Below are positions 38,555-49,852 of a stretch of 64,000 nucleotides of DNA, piece by piece; position 1 is the stretch's first letter, and each line of letters begins with the position of its first letter. Source of the stretch: a virus (Duplodnaviria; Heunggongvirae; Uroviricota; Caudoviricetes); IMG/VR virus record IMGVR_UViG_3300049044_000033, positions 398,456 through 462,455 of that record; one strand, given 5' to 3'. Made by a program: the position numbers and the translations under genes. The notes below the pieces were generated by a model that was given only the letters and a program-made list of their open reading frames with translations, had not been told where the DNA came from and ran no database searches.

Positions 38555-40501
38555 TTAAGCTGCGTAGCTGTAGCTTACCGAGATGGTGTCGCTTTCGTCA
38601 GCAGCATAGCCGTTGACCGAGTCAACCAGAGCCACAACCGAACCAGTAACCGAGAAACCAGTCTTCTTCAGCTTAACGCCGTTGATGAAGACCGAAACCG
38701 AACCAGCAACTGGAGCGTTAGCTAGGGTGACTTCTGCGTTAGCAGTTGCCGCGCCAGCCGACTCTTCTTCTGCGTGGATGGTAACGCCGAGAAGGGTCTT
38801 GAGCGAAGCAGCCGAAACATACTCAATGCCAGTGCCAGCAGTGTTCCAACGTAGGAAGCCGTCAGCCGCTGGGGTGCCGGTTTCTGCTAGGTCAGAGAAG
38901 TTAACGTTGCCAGCATTGAAGGTTAGTTCAAGACCGTCACCGAAAACTGCTGCGGTGCCACCGGTGAGGGTGATTGCATCGTTAGCCGAAGTAACGTCGT
39001 TCTTGGTGATCGACAGTTCGAAACCAGCGTAGGAGTTACCGGAAACTACCAGAGCAGTTTCACCAGCAGCTGCCTCGATAGCAGGATCGGTATTGTCGAA
39101 CTTGACCCACAGGCCAGTGCCGATGTAAGCAACGAAGTCGCCGATGTTAACGTCGAAAGCCTGATCAGCGAAGACAGCCGCGCCAGCAGTAGCGATACGA
39201 TAAACGTCGCCCTCTTCAGCGGTTGCTTCCATAGTTGCCAGGTCTTCAGCAGTGATAGTGCCGTCGACAACACCCTTGAACACAAGTGCGTCCAGGTTAG
39301 TGATGCCCTGAATCTGGGTTACCAGATCAGCAATGTCATCAGTGTTGGTCTTGGTCTGAACGTCCAGAGCCTCAACTGCTGCCTTGAAAGTGGTCTTACC
39401 GACAACATAGTCACCGGTGAAAGCAGCAATGGTGCCATCGCTGTTTAGACCAACTGCGGTTTCAATTGCGTTGACTTCGTCTGCTAGCGAGCTGTCACCA
39501 GCAATAGCAGCAACCTGGTCAGCAACAGTCTTGATTGCTGCATCGAGAAGCTTGTCTGCGCTCTTCAGAGTGGTTGCACCGCTGATGTAGTGAACACCCG
39601 ATGGAGCAGTTTCTGAGTTGTAGAGAGTTTCAGCTTCGTAAGCGCCAGTAACAGCAAGACCTGCGCCAGCCTGGGTTGCGTCTAGTTCCGAACCGAGTGC
39701 CGAAACTGCGGTAGTGCGAGCAGTTTCTTCAGCCTTCAGAGCAGCGTCCAGCTTACCAATAGCAACGCGATGGTTGTCTGGAGTAACTGCAGGAACTGCT
39801 GGGATGACGTTTTCTGGATCAGAAGCATCTTCTGGAATCTCAGCCGCACCCTGAACAATGAAATTACCGTTTGCGTAGAAGCTTGGGGTACCGTCAGTTG
39901 CCGAACCAACAGTTGCTTCTAGAGCATCTAGTTCGTCCTGAAGACCTTCCTCAACGCCAGTAGCGCGAGTAACTTCAGCAGCTAGATCGCTTTCCAGGGT
40001 GTCGATATCAGTCTTAGCAGTTGCCAAGTCAGTCTCAACGGTGTCAAGACGACCGTCAAGAGCAGTATCAGCTGCCGCATATGCGGTTTCTGCTGCTGCC
40101 AGTGCTGCGTCAACAGCAACGATTGCTGCCTTGACCGAAGCTGCTTCGTTAACAGCGGTGTGAGTTGAACCAGTGATAGCAGTGAAGGTACCGTCGGCGT
40201 TCAAGCCAACTGCGGTTTCAACTGCATCTAGTTCGTCCTGAACGCCCTGAGTACCAGTGCCAGCTAGATCTGCCAGTTCAGCCAGTGCCGACTGAACGTC
40301 AGTAGCAGTCAGACCGTCAATTGCCGAAACGGTGGTGTCAGCTGCGGCGGCCTTTTCGTAACCAAGTGCGCCACCTGCCAGAACCTTAAGGACCTGACCT
40401 GCGGTACCCTTGGAGAGAACGGTGCCATTACCGTTAGCGCCACCAATTAGCAGATCGTCTGCTGCTACGAGCTTAATCTGCTTTGCGCGTAATTGTGCCA
40501 T
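38555..40501 (-). CDS. long coiled-coil fibre protein
   Basis: Ala/Asp/Thr-rich, repeated ELDA.E..VGL..DG and LDAA.K units; C-terminal VFINGV domain. Confidence 0.75.
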   Translation of the reverse strand: MAQLRAKQIKLVAADDLLIGGANGNGTVLSKGTAGQVLKVLAGGALGYEKAAAADTTVSAIDGLTATDVQSALAELADLAGTGTQGVQDELDAVETAVGLNADGTFTAITGSTHTAVNEAASVKAAIVAVDAALAAAETAYAAADTALDGRLDTVETDLATAKTDIDTLESDLAAEVTRATGVEEGLQDELDALEATVGSATDGTPSFYANGNFIVQGAAEIPEDASDPENVIPAVPAVTPDNHRVAIGKLDAALKAEETARTTAVSALGSELDATQAGAGLAVTGAYEAETLYNSETAPSGVHYISGATTLKSADKLLDAAIKTVADQVAAIAGDSSLADEVNAIETAVGLNSDGTIAAFTGDYVVGKTTFKAAVEALDVQTKTNTDDIADLVTQIQGITNLDALVFKGVVDGTITAEDLATMEATAEEGDVYRIATAGAAVFADQAFDVNIGDFVAYIGTGLWVKFDNTDPAIEAAAGETALVVSGNSYAGFELSITKNDVTSANDAITLTGGTAAVFGDGLELTFNAGNVNFSDLAETGTPAADGFLRWNTAGTGIEYVSAASLKTLLGVTIHAEEESAGAATANAEVTLANAPVAGSVSVFINGVKLKKTGFSVTGSVVALVDSVNGYAADESDTISVSYSYAA

Positions 40502-40527
40502 ATATGTTTTCTCCTAGTTGATCAACT

Positions 40528-41604
40528 TTAGGATTTGTAGATGAAGAACACTTCGTCATCTACGTCGACACCATAACCGGTTTCTACGGGGTCGAATATC
40601 AACACTTTTGAATCAGTATCAAAAGTGTAGTTTTCATTTTCAATACCATTGATTGACATGTAGAGAACTTCACGACAATCATCTGGTAATGTGAACGTAG
40701 TCTGTCCGGAAGCTACGTCTTCTACATCATATTTATGCGTTTCTGCGCCGGAATTAGTGTTACTTTCTGCCGGACGACCAATTAAAATGGCTCGATCTGG
40801 GCGGTCTAGACGCATGTAAATCGGACGAGGATTTACTAAAGGTTTTGAACTAGTTAGCTTGCCTGCATTCTCAGGATCAGCATAGAAGATAGTTCCATGG
40901 ACGCCTGCTAGTGGTGGCTTTACTCTAGTTACAAGACTTCCAAGTGGTCTGTAGTTGAAGTAATCCAAACCTGGAACGTTGATTCGAGTCACTATACCAA
41001 CAGCATTAGATATGTTTGCTGCATCAGTTTTTAGGTATCCGCCTAAATTCACTGGATCAGCATAAATGAGATCGCCTAATTCCATACCATGGCTAGACTG
41101 TTTTACTAGGACGAATTCGTCCGCGTTCATAGCTAGAAATCGGGCTTCAAGGTCATTGATGCTATTTGTTGATATAAAACCATCAGGAACTGGACCCAAC
41201 ATTGGGAGGCCATCATCGCCAATCTTAAAGATAATACAATTACCTTCAGGGAAGATGCCTAGACCATTCTGTTCTGGATTTGAGAATAGGTTAAATCGCT
41301 CAGTATCTTCAACAACGCAGGTTACCGAAGACGCGGAAGATGAAAGAATCTCCACGACCTGGACTGACATGCCACCGCCTCCACCAGCAACCCAATCGTC
41401 AACTTCGATGTCATTCCCATTGAATTCAAACGGAGTAGGGGTGCTAGGGCTTGAATGCATCTGGGGTTGTAGGTTGAGAGTGACTTCCCAACGATATGGA
41501 TAACCGATGAATGGATCTCCGGATCCGTCATCCTCGTTCCAATATGCGTTTTCCTGGTTAATGACAAAAGTGCCAAACAACAGGAGGTTCGGTGTAATAG
41601 CCAT
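40528..41604 (-). CDS. virion structural protein
   Basis: HG...GD.IY, AVGIV, GQTTFT, MSINGIE...D.DDEV domain. Confidence 0.7.
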   Translation of the reverse strand: MAITPNLLLFGTFVINQENAYWNEDDGSGDPFIGYPYRWEVTLNLQPQMHSSPSTPTPFEFNGNDIEVDDWVAGGGGGMSVQVVEILSSSASSVTCVVEDTERFNLFSNPEQNGLGIFPEGNCIIFKIGDDGLPMLGPVPDGFISTNSINDLEARFLAMNADEFVLVKQSSHGMELGDLIYADPVNLGGYLKTDAANISNAVGIVTRINVPGLDYFNYRPLGSLVTRVKPPLAGVHGTIFYADPENAGKLTSSKPLVNPRPIYMRLDRPDRAILIGRPAESNTNSGAETHKYDVEDVASGQTTFTLPDDCREVLYMSINGIENENYTFDTDSKVLIFDPVETGYGVDVDDEVFFIYKS

Positions 41605-41612
41605 GTTACTCC

Positions 41613-44495
41613 TTAAAACATCATAATTCTAATGTAGGCATGACCACCAGCAGTGGTACCGACGTTAGAGGTTGTTGCACTCTTGAAATAGAGCTTAGTT
41701 TCATTTAGGTAGTATTCGACTTCAAATAACGCACTAGGTGAACGTTGCTGGTAGTTGGCACCTTTAGTTGGATCTGTTGCAACATAGCCGTAAGCAAAGA
41801 AACCAGCTACTGTACCAATGCCCGCAGGATGAGTTAGTTCAAAGCTGTTTGTACCTGACGAAGTATTGATGTTCGAAACTGACCACCCTGCAGGTAGTCC
41901 GGTAATTGTTGAAATGATAGGAGTAGAAGCAGTGTCATAATCAATACGGAAGGTATAGATAGTTGGACCACTAGAAGCACCACCGCCTGGGATATTTACC
42001 GTGACTGTGCCACTATTATGTGTTGCAGTAACACCAGCACCAGTAAAGTTCAGAGCTGTTGGAGCGGCGGCAATTTGCGAGCCTTCGTCCTGAACTGCCA
42101 CGATATTGCCATTGGTGCCGTTCGTACCTGCAGGACCGGTAGCACCAGTATCACCCTTTGGACCAGTTGCACCAGCGGGACCAACTAGACTTACTCCTGC
42201 ACCCGGCCAAGCACCACTTGCCTTTGGACCAAACAAAGTGTTGGTCGATGTGTTGATGTAGAAATCACCATTATTACCTAGGCCGTTGCTTGGCGCAGTG
42301 GTGCCGTTGAGAACTGTCTTACCATCTGCACCAGCAGGACCAGTTGCACCGGTCGCTCCCTGTGGGCCAACATCACCAGTGTCCCCCTTTGGACCAGTGG
42401 GACCGGCTGGACCAGTTTCACCGATTGGTCCTTGAGGACCCGTGGCACCGGTTGCGCCAGTATCACCCTTGTCCCCTTTGACTTGGCCAACATCCACTGG
42501 AGTTGCATTATCGGAATATGTGATAAGCAGATGGCCACTACCATCGATCGAGGTAGTGACAATACCTCGTCCATCGTCACCATCTACGCCAGCTGGACCT
42601 TGAGGACCAGTTGAACCCGCAGGACCCTGTGGACCAGTGGCACCAGTTTCACCAGTATCACCTTTGTCGCCCTTAGGTCCCAGGATGCTACCGGAGACAT
42701 TAACAACAGAGCTATCGCTCATTGTGAGGGTTAGAGTTGAACCTGAGACCGAAGCACTAGAGATGCTCGTTCCCTGAGGACCAATTGGACCCTGGCTACC
42801 TGTGTCGCCCTTGTCTCCCTTAACCAATCCAGCATCGGTGGAAGAGGTATCAGTGTAGGTAACAATTAGATGGCCACTGCCGTCAATAGTAACTGAGGCT
42901 ACGCCCTTACCTGCTGCACCAGTAGCGCCGGTTGGTCCAGTTGCACCAGTTTCACCGGTTGGTCCAACTGGGCCTTGTGGACCAGCAGGACCAGTAATGT
43001 CACCAGCATCGATTTGGGTGCTGTCTGACATTCCGAGAATTAAGTGGGCATTAGTGACAGACGCGCTTGTTACATGACGTCCTGCAGGACCAGTTAAACC
43101 TTGTGGACCTTGGCTACCAGTCTCGCCAGTATCACCCTTATCACCCTTCGGGCCTCTAACACTTCCTGTAACAACAATCTCATTGCTGTTGCTCATAGTC
43201 AGTGTAAGGGTATCACCAGTTACTGAGGCACTAGCAATGCTTGGACCTGTAGGACCGGTAGCACCGGTAGAACCAGCAGGGCCCTGTGGACCAACTTCGC
43301 CTTGAATACCTTGAGGGCCTTGTGGACCAGTAGCGCCAGTGGCGCCGGTAGCACCTTTAACTAGACCTAAATCAACGGGGCTACCTAGAGCATCTGTGTA
43401 GGTAACTTGAAGATGACCACTGCCGTCAATCGACATTGAGGAGACTTCGCGTCCACCGCTGCTGCCCGTAGCCGAAAACTTAATGCGACGATGACCGTTG
43501 CCGTCATCATCTGCCATTGAGATTTCAATACCAGCGCCTTGTTCGAAAATCAAACGTGATTGCGCGCCATAAGATGGAGCATATTGTCCATCTGGATCCC
43601 AAATTCCAACATCGGGTCCAAGAGCTCGCAAGGTAAAATTCGAGCCATCTAGATCGGCCGAAGCTGCTAGTCCATCTCCAACATTAACAGTTGAAGGTGT
43701 CCAAGCATTGAGTTGCTCGTCTGCGGTATAGGTAAACTCAAGTGGACTGCTTGAATTCCCACCTGCTACATCAACAGTAACTGAATTGAAATTATCACTT
43801 GTGACTACTAGCCCAGGTCCGAAATTAAAATTTACGATACCAGAGAGATCTACGTTTTCACCAGTAACTGCTAAGTTGACCGATACAACTCTACCATTTG
43901 GGCCTTCGCTGCCCTCGAGTAGAATACCGTTTCCAAACTCAATAAAGTTCGTGTAACCGAAATCTACATTAGAGGAACCAGTAATCAGTCCAGGAACGTG
44001 AATGATTGCAGTATCAGTGGAATCATCATCTACTAATAATTCAACACCTGCACCAGTGACAACTAGATTAGATACTGCTTCAATAGGAGTACCGTCTGTT
44101 GCTTCGTTATTTTCATCATAGAAACGTTCGACTACTGAAAGAGGACTACCGTCGCCGGCTGGACCTTGAGGGCCTTGTGGGCCTTGTGGACCAGTAGGTC
44201 CGGCAGGACCTTGTGGACCGGTATCGCCTTTATCACCCTTGTTGCCTTTATCGCCCTTTTCTCCCTTAGCACCGTTCCCTACTACTGGGACAATACTATT
44301 AGGATGAGTGGGACCAGATGAAGGTACCTGAGCCGTGGGAGCCTTTACATAGAGCTTGCCATCACCAGCGCCGATTTCAACACGAACGTCATCAAACGAT
44401 TCGCCAGGATCTTCGCTACTTGGATTTGGGCTAATTGCTACTTTTCCAGGAACTGGAAGATAGGTACCTGGTTTATCAGGAGTGGGTCCGGCCAT
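41613..44495 (-). CDS. collagen-like (Gly-X-Y) fibre protein
   Basis: Multiple GPQGPAG/GDKGDTG blocks alternating with IDGSGHL.VTYTD and SASV.G.TLTLTMS modules. Confidence 0.88.
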   Translation of the reverse strand: MAGPTPDKPGTYLPVPGKVAISPNPSSEDPGESFDDVRVEIGAGDGKLYVKAPTAQVPSSGPTHPNSIVPVVGNGAKGEKGDKGNKGDKGDTGPQGPAGPTGPQGPQGPQGPAGDGSPLSVVERFYDENNEATDGTPIEAVSNLVVTGAGVELLVDDDSTDTAIIHVPGLITGSSNVDFGYTNFIEFGNGILLEGSEGPNGRVVSVNLAVTGENVDLSGIVNFNFGPGLVVTSDNFNSVTVDVAGGNSSSPLEFTYTADEQLNAWTPSTVNVGDGLAASADLDGSNFTLRALGPDVGIWDPDGQYAPSYGAQSRLIFEQGAGIEISMADDDGNGHRRIKFSATGSSGGREVSSMSIDGSGHLQVTYTDALGSPVDLGLVKGATGATGATGPQGPQGIQGEVGPQGPAGSTGATGPTGPSIASASVTGDTLTLTMSNSNEIVVTGSVRGPKGDKGDTGETGSQGPQGLTGPAGRHVTSASVTNAHLILGMSDSTQIDAGDITGPAGPQGPVGPTGETGATGPTGATGAAGKGVASVTIDGSGHLIVTYTDTSSTDAGLVKGDKGDTGSQGPIGPQGTSISSASVSGSTLTLTMSDSSVVNVSGSILGPKGDKGDTGETGATGPQGPAGSTGPQGPAGVDGDDGRGIVTTSIDGSGHLLITYSDNATPVDVGQVKGDKGDTGATGATGPQGPIGETGPAGPTGPKGDTGDVGPQGATGATGPAGADGKTVLNGTTAPSNGLGNNGDFYINTSTNTLFGPKASGAWPGAGVSLVGPAGATGPKGDTGATGPAGTNGTNGNIVAVQDEGSQIAAAPTALNFTGAGVTATHNSGTVTVNIPGGGASSGPTIYTFRIDYDTASTPIISTITGLPAGWSVSNINTSSGTNSFELTHPAGIGTVAGFFAYGYVATDPTKGANYQQRSPSALFEVEYYLNETKLYFKSATTSNVGTTAGGHAYIRIMMF

Positions 44496-44546
44496 GATCG
44501 ATCAATCCTCTATTCTGTAGTTCCGATATTTAGCCACACAAAGAGG

Positions 44547-44972
44547 TCAGCGAGCGAGAATAATCTTCACCACATTGCCATATTGGGCTATAAGACTTGG
44601 GTCGTTTTCGAACAGAACATCTTCAAGATAAGTGCGATCCATACGGGCACGAACCCAGAGCGCATTGACCTTAAAAGTCCTGCCTACAACTAAAGTATCA
44701 CCTCCGGTTTCCATGCTACCGGTTGGCTTATTGGGATTTAGGGGGAACTCTATATAGGGAGTAGTTCCTAGAGAGATTGGGAACCAATCTGTTGAACTCG
44801 GATTGAGGGCGAGACTTCCCTCAATGTGAATTCGACCAGTGAAGTTTACTACCTGTATCGAGACGGTATGAAGCCCATCACGGTGGCCATACCACCCATC
44901 TGCCTTGCAATGAAGACCAGTCAGGTTCGCAAATCCTTGGCTGCTTGACATCATTTCTACGGTGTTGGGCAT
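44547..44972 (-). CDS. conserved virion protein
   Basis: DGWYG..DGLHTV, F.GRI..EGSL...P...DWF, WVRA; TAAATA promoter. Confidence 0.65.
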   Translation of the reverse strand: MPNTVEMMSSSQGFANLTGLHCKADGWYGHRDGLHTVSIQVVNFTGRIHIEGSLALNPSSTDWFPISLGTTPYIEFPLNPNKPTGSMETGGDTLVVGRTFKVNALWVRARMDRTYLEDVLFENDPSLIAQYGNVVKIILAR

Positions 44973-45038
44973 ATCGATCTCCCTTTTCCATATTTAACGA
45001 ATAATGACTTCTACCCAACACTCCAGTTAATTAGGTGA

Positions 45039-45833
45039 ATGAGCCTTTTTTCTAAACTCGCCCAACTGGGCAAGATGTTCACACTTAAGGATGTGCCGGA
45101 TCTCATCCCAGTTCCTGAAGAGAATCTGTTCTATAGAAACCTTGATATCCCCGATGGTCCAGGGCTAGACACACTCAACTGGATTATTGAGCAACTACCT
45201 CCTCTCGATATGAGAAAGGGTCCATGGATTGCCGGTGGGGCTGTTAGGAGGATTCTTGAGGGCAAGTCATTGGAAGGAGGAGATGTTGACATCTTCTTTG
45301 CTTCAAGTGCCCAATATAAGAGGTTCAAACATTGTCTATCTGGATTTGAAAAAGTAATCGAGACTAGGAGGGCAACTACCTTCTTGGTGCAAGGGATCCA
45401 AGTTCAGGTAATCTGTAGGCAATTCTACCTCACAGTGGAAGACCTATTCAAGGACTTTGATTTCTCAGTTTGTCAGATTGCAACCGATGGAAAGAAGATT
45501 GCGGTCTCTAACCAAGGTTATAATGATATTAGGTCTAAGTCTCTCAGGTTTGCTCCTGGTGGTAAAGTTGCTCGTCAGACTGTAATCAAGCGAATGAACA
45601 AGTATTTGGCGCATGGGTTTATTCCCGAACCTGGTCTATATGAGACTATGGTTCAGAGCGGTCTCACTTGTGTCTCGAGCTATTCAATCTTTGAAGGATC
45701 TGAACGAGAGTTTTCCTCCAACTATGAAATTGAAGAAGGCAAAGAAGAGCCCCAGATAAATGTTGAGGATATGAGCGCGGAGATTTTGCGCGAAGCAGCC
45801 CAACGTCTAGGAATCGAGATACCACATGAATGA
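45039..45833 (+). CDS. nucleotidyltransferase (poly(A) polymerase/CCA-adding head-like)
   Basis: WIAGGAVRR, DVDIFF, FDFSVCQ, R..KY...GF. Confidence 0.78.
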   Translation: MSLFSKLAQLGKMFTLKDVPDLIPVPEENLFYRNLDIPDGPGLDTLNWIIEQLPPLDMRKGPWIAGGAVRRILEGKSLEGGDVDIFFASSAQYKRFKHCLSGFEKVIETRRATTFLVQGIQVQVICRQFYLTVEDLFKDFDFSVCQIATDGKKIAVSNQGYNDIRSKSLRFAPGGKVARQTVIKRMNKYLAHGFIPEPGLYETMVQSGLTCVSSYSIFEGSEREFSSNYEIEEGKEEPQINVEDMSAEILREAAQRLGIEIPHE

Positions 45834-46266
45834 TCTTCAGAACTTTGTTAAGAAGCATTGCGTCCTGAGCAAGCTATCTGAGAAGCCCTTAGTGCGTCAA
45901 TGGCAGCATCTAGAGCTAGTCTTTGTCCACGGTTACCCTATGACCCTTCGGGGCTTCTACATGCTTTGTAACAAAGCTGTATTCGGCAATTCGCTCTACA
46001 TGAGGGGCAGGATATGGAATGACCTTCATGCAGAAACAAAATTGCTTTGCTGGGGACTAGGTCACAAGTTGATTGAGGGACGAGAAGCATTCAGTGTCGT
46101 GGATGGGATTAGGGCTGCTATTGGCTGGAATAAAGACGCCGCAGATCAGGCAACCCGTTGGAATGCTGAGCCAACAGATAATCCAATACATTATTGGCTT
46201 GAAGAAGTAGAGCGACAAGTAGCCGCTCTAAAGGGAGTTACTCTCCCAGGTCCACAACTTCGATAA
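45826..46266 (+). CDS. hypothetical protein
   Basis: 146 aa, coupled. Confidence 0.55.
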   Translation: MNDLQNFVKKHCVLSKLSEKPLVRQWQHLELVFVHGYPMTLRGFYMLCNKAVFGNSLYMRGRIWNDLHAETKLLCWGLGHKLIEGREAFSVVDGIRAAIGWNKDAADQATRWNAEPTDNPIHYWLEEVERQVAALKGVTLPGPQLR

Positions 46267-46420
46267 GAAGTTTAGTTCCCTGTGCTTCGAAGAGAAGCTG
46301 CTCTGCCATAAGCATGAGGGCTTCCTTCATTTCAGGAGTCAAGATGATCTCCTGAACTTCGCCGTCCTTGAGCAGTTTGCTAATCTTAACGACGACGATT
46401 TCTTCATGTAGCTTGGCCAT
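46238..46420 (-). CDS. small conserved hypothetical protein
   Basis: MAKLHEEIVVVKISKLLKD; GGAGG RBS and TAAATA promoter. Confidence 0.65.
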   Translation of the reverse strand: MAKLHEEIVVVKISKLLKDGEVQEIILTPEMKEALMLMAEQLLFEAQGTKLLIEVVDLGE

Positions 46421-46450
46421 TATAGCCTCCTTGTTTCCTGGACCAAATAT

Positions 46451-46726
46451 TTAGTCCAAGTTAGGAAGCTTTCCAGCCAAGCTAGTGAGGTTAGTGCGCA
46501 CCAGTTCCATCTGACCTACTAGGCCACTAAGCTGATCCTGAAGGTCAAGGATCTGAATCTTGAGCATCTCATTGACACCCTTGACCTTTGACAGCTTTGC
46601 TTGGAGGTCTAGACACTCTGCTTCCTTAGCAGTGAGCTCTTCCCTCAACTGGGCAGGAGTTTTGAAGTCGATAACATTGCTCACGAAAACACCTCCACTA
46701 CCACAGCAATCATCATGATCACGCAT
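46451..46726 (-). CDS. coiled-coil protein
   Basis: SNVIDF start region, heptad pattern. Confidence 0.55.
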   Translation of the reverse strand: MRDHDDCCGSGGVFVSNVIDFKTPAQLREELTAKEAECLDLQAKLSKVKGVNEMLKIQILDLQDQLSGLVGQMELVRTNLTSLAGKLPNLD

Positions 46727-46793
46727 ACAATTGCGGCCCCTAGAATAAAGGCCATGCCGAGCATCATCCGTTCAAGCAAATCACCCACAATCC

Positions 46794-46994
46794 TTACTCC
46801 GGCTTATATACCTGGCGAGTCTTAGGATCGACGCAGAGGACCTTGTGATCAACTATAAAAGACTCTCGACCAATCCTCGCACAAGCATTCCTCTGCTCTT
46901 CTGCCTTCTTAGACAGGGGCACGGGCATGACTATTGCCAGAACCAATAAACAGATGCTTATCGTGGCACCAAATCCAGCAAGAAAGCCGTCCAT
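46794..46994 (-). CDS. small membrane-anchored protein
   Basis: N-terminal TM segment, two Cys. Confidence 0.55.
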   Translation of the reverse strand: MDGFLAGFGATISICLLVLAIVMPVPLSKKAEEQRNACARIGRESFIVDHKVLCVDPKTRQVYKPE

Positions 46995-47347
46995 TAGAAT
47001 TCCTCAATCTGACGGTTCTTTGGCTTGCGACCACGGCGCTTACCAAGCACTGCCTTACCGCCATCAGCAGTTACGTTATAGACATCTGCAAAGCGAATCG
47101 GATCCATACCGTCAATAGTCTCAATGGCTTCTGCCATCACGCTAGTGGGCTTACCAGAGCGCAGGTCAGCAAGCCTAAATACAACCTTACCATCTTCGCG
47201 CACAATCGTCTGAGCAATTGAAAAATCACCGGTCACCAAAACTGTGTTGACACTGCAGAGCCCCTTACCCTGATACTTTGCGCGGACTTCAGTCCCTGCT
47301 GGCAAAACACCCTTAGCGACCAGAGCTTCAGCTAACTTGTTATCCAT
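46994..47347 (-). CDS. hypothetical protein with AT-hook-like tail
   Basis: IDGMDP.RFA..YN...DG...GKRRGRKPK; GGAG RBS before ATG 47347. Confidence 0.65.
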   Translation of the reverse strand: MDNKLAEALVAKGVLPAGTEVRAKYQGKGLCSVNTVLVTGDFSIAQTIVREDGKVVFRLADLRSGKPTSVMAEAIETIDGMDPIRFADVYNVTADGGKAVLGKRRGRKPKNRQIEEF

Positions 47348-47459
47348 ATTTGAAACGACTCCACAACGTACCGATCTAAGGGTGCGCCGTTCCGATCTAT
47401 TGGTCGTTTCTGTATGCTTGATGTTTAGCAGTTCTAGAGGGTAAATCAAGCGTCAAGGT

Positions 47460-47493
47460 GATCACCAGGTGAGAAAAATCCCACCTGGTGATC
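47460..47493 (-). terminator. hairpin after clpA
   Basis: GATCACCAGGTG/CACCTGGTGATC. Confidence 0.7.
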
Positions 47494-47500
47494 TTAGTTC

Positions 47501-49852
47501 TTACGCGATTTCAGTGAGTTCCAGGACTTCAGCCTCAGGAAGAGGAGTAGCCTGGATATCTAGCACCAAAGCATCATCAGCTACGCTGACTAGCACCATG
47601 CCACCACGCTTGAGGTCACTGAACAACATTGCCCGGCTAAGAGGCTGTGAGAGTTCATTCTGAATCAAACGAGCCAGAGGACGCGCACCCATCTTGGGAT
47701 CATAACCCTTACGAGCCAGATATTCAAATGCATCGTCACCAAGAGCAATTGTTACACCCTTGCTATTAGCCATCTTGTTCAGCTGGGCAATGAACTTCTT
47801 CACGATGCGGATCATGTTCTCGCTCTTGAGAGCGTTGAACTTCACGATTGCATCCAGTCGGTTACGGAACTCAGGAGCAAACATCTTTTCAATGACCTTG
47901 TCATCGTTGCCTGCAACCGAATTGTCACCAAAGCCCAAGGTGTTCTTCGCAAGCTCACTTGCACCAGCATTGCTGGTCATGATCAGGATCACGTTGCGGA
48001 AGTTCACCGTCTTGCCTGCGCTGTTGGTCAACTGGCCATTATCCATGACCTGCAGGAAGATGTTGAAAATGTCCGGGTGAGCCTTCTCAAGTTCGTCGAT
48101 GAGAAGGACGCAATGAGGACTATTCTCAACCGCGTTGGTCAGAAGACCCGAACCCGACGCACCATCACCAAATCCAACATAACCCGGAGGGCTACCAATG
48201 AACTTAGAGACACTGTGCTTCTCCATGTATTCGCTCATATCGAAACGATGTAGAGGAATATTCAGAGTGGCAGCAAGCTGCTTCGCAAGCTCAGTCTTAC
48301 CTACGCCCGTAGGACCAGCAAAGAGGTAGCTACCCTGTGGTTTGTTGGGATCGCGCAGACCAGCACGGCTGAGGATGACCGCATCATCGAGAGTCTCGAC
48401 AGCCTTGTCCTGACCAAACACCGCGTTGAGCAGGTCTTCCTTGAGGTGAGCCAGCTTTGCGGTCTCGTCTTCCTTGACCGACTGAGCAGGGATCTTAGCC
48501 ACTCGGCTTACTTCTTCCTCAATGAGGTCGAGAGTAATAACCGATTTGCGTTCGCCCTCTGGAGCAATGCGCTGACGAGCACCAGCCGCGTCGATGACGT
48601 CGATGGCCTTATCGGGAAGCATCTTGTCCGTCACATAACGGGCAGTCAATTCCACAGCAGCATTCAGAGCTTCTTCGTCGTAGGAAATACCGTGGTATTC
48701 AGCATAGACGTTCGAGAGACCAGCAAGGATGCGCTTTGCGTCCTCAATACTAGGTTCGAGGATATCCAGCTTCTGGAAGCGACGCAGGAGTGCCCGGTCC
48801 TTCTCAAAGTGCTTACGATATTCCTCGTAGGTCGTGCCACCGATGCAACGCAGCTTGCCCTTGGCCAGAGCCGGCTTGAGCAAGTTCGCAACATCGAGAG
48901 CACCATTGCTACCTGCGCCAGCACCCATCATGGTGTGGATTTCGTCGATGAAGAGGATAACGGGAACGTCCTTTTCCTCACCGACCTTCTCGATAGCATC
49001 GAGAATCTGCTTCACACGCTCTTCCATGTCGCCACGGAACTTTGTGCCGGCCATCAGTGCGCCGATTTCCAGCGAGTAAACAATGCCACCCTTGAGAGCG
49101 TCAGGGACATTACCCTCAGCAATCATCTTAGCCAGGCCTTCGACAACAGCAGTCTTACCCACGCCGGGTTCACCGACGATGACTGCGTTGTTCTTGGTGC
49201 GCCGAGCAGTGGTCAAAATCAAACTCGCAACTTCTGCCTCACGACCAATCAGAGGGTCAATCTTGCCTTCCAGGGCTTGTTCGTTGAGGTTGACGCAGAA
49301 CTTATCCAGAAGGCGTTCGTTCTTGGACTTCTTAGGGCCCTTGTCTTCGTCAGCAGTTCCGCCTTCGTCAAGCTTCCTAGTCTCAATAACAGCATCGTCA
49401 TCGTCTAGCAGGTCATCATGTGCGACTGCTGATTTAACGTCGAAGACATCGAGATTTTGCTTGGCCAGGAAGTAACAAGCAAAATTGCTATCGTCACCAC
49501 TCTCATTCAAGATAGCAATGAGAATGTCAGTAGCTCTGAAGTCATGCCGACCGCTAAACAGAACCTGGCTAACCGTGCGCTGGACAACTCGACCCAAGCT
49601 AACAGTCTGACGAGGCTCTGCCCCATGTGCCTTACCCAACACACCTGCGTTAAAGTGGTTGAGAAGATCAGCACTCAAATCGCTCATGTTCACACCAAGC
49701 TCTGTCATCACTTCAATGACACGCTTGTCCTGAATCACAGCGGCAAGAAGGTGCTCAAGAGTCACATACTCGTGATCATGACGCCTAGCAATCTGCATCG
49801 CCTGATCAATGATCTCCTGGGCACGAGTAGGATCGAAATCTTCAACGGCCAT
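47501..49852 (-). CDS. clpA: ClpA ATP-binding chaperone subunit
   Basis: HEYVTLEHLL, IDPLIGR, GEPGVGKT, FIDEIH, GPTGVGKTE, FDMSEYMEKH, MGARPL; no ClpB middle domain. Confidence 0.93.
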   Translation of the reverse strand: MAVEDFDPTRAQEIIDQAMQIARRHDHEYVTLEHLLAAVIQDKRVIEVMTELGVNMSDLSADLLNHFNAGVLGKAHGAEPRQTVSLGRVVQRTVSQVLFSGRHDFRATDILIAILNESGDDSNFACYFLAKQNLDVFDVKSAVAHDDLLDDDDAVIETRKLDEGGTADEDKGPKKSKNERLLDKFCVNLNEQALEGKIDPLIGREAEVASLILTTARRTKNNAVIVGEPGVGKTAVVEGLAKMIAEGNVPDALKGGIVYSLEIGALMAGTKFRGDMEERVKQILDAIEKVGEEKDVPVILFIDEIHTMMGAGAGSNGALDVANLLKPALAKGKLRCIGGTTYEEYRKHFEKDRALLRRFQKLDILEPSIEDAKRILAGLSNVYAEYHGISYDEEALNAAVELTARYVTDKMLPDKAIDVIDAAGARQRIAPEGERKSVITLDLIEEEVSRVAKIPAQSVKEDETAKLAHLKEDLLNAVFGQDKAVETLDDAVILSRAGLRDPNKPQGSYLFAGPTGVGKTELAKQLAATLNIPLHRFDMSEYMEKHSVSKFIGSPPGYVGFGDGASGSGLLTNAVENSPHCVLLIDELEKAHPDIFNIFLQVMDNGQLTNSAGKTVNFRNVILIMTSNAGASELAKNTLGFGDNSVAGNDDKVIEKMFAPEFRNRLDAIVKFNALKSENMIRIVKKFIAQLNKMANSKGVTIALGDDAFEYLARKGYDPKMGARPLARLIQNELSQPLSRAMLFSDLKRGGMVLVSVADDALVLDIQATPLPEAEVLELTEIA

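Noticed and set aside
41900-44280. Dense short repeats that could suggest a CRISPR or tandem array
   Set aside because: They are Gly-X-Y collagen codons; no constant repeat with unique spacers was seen anywhere in the window
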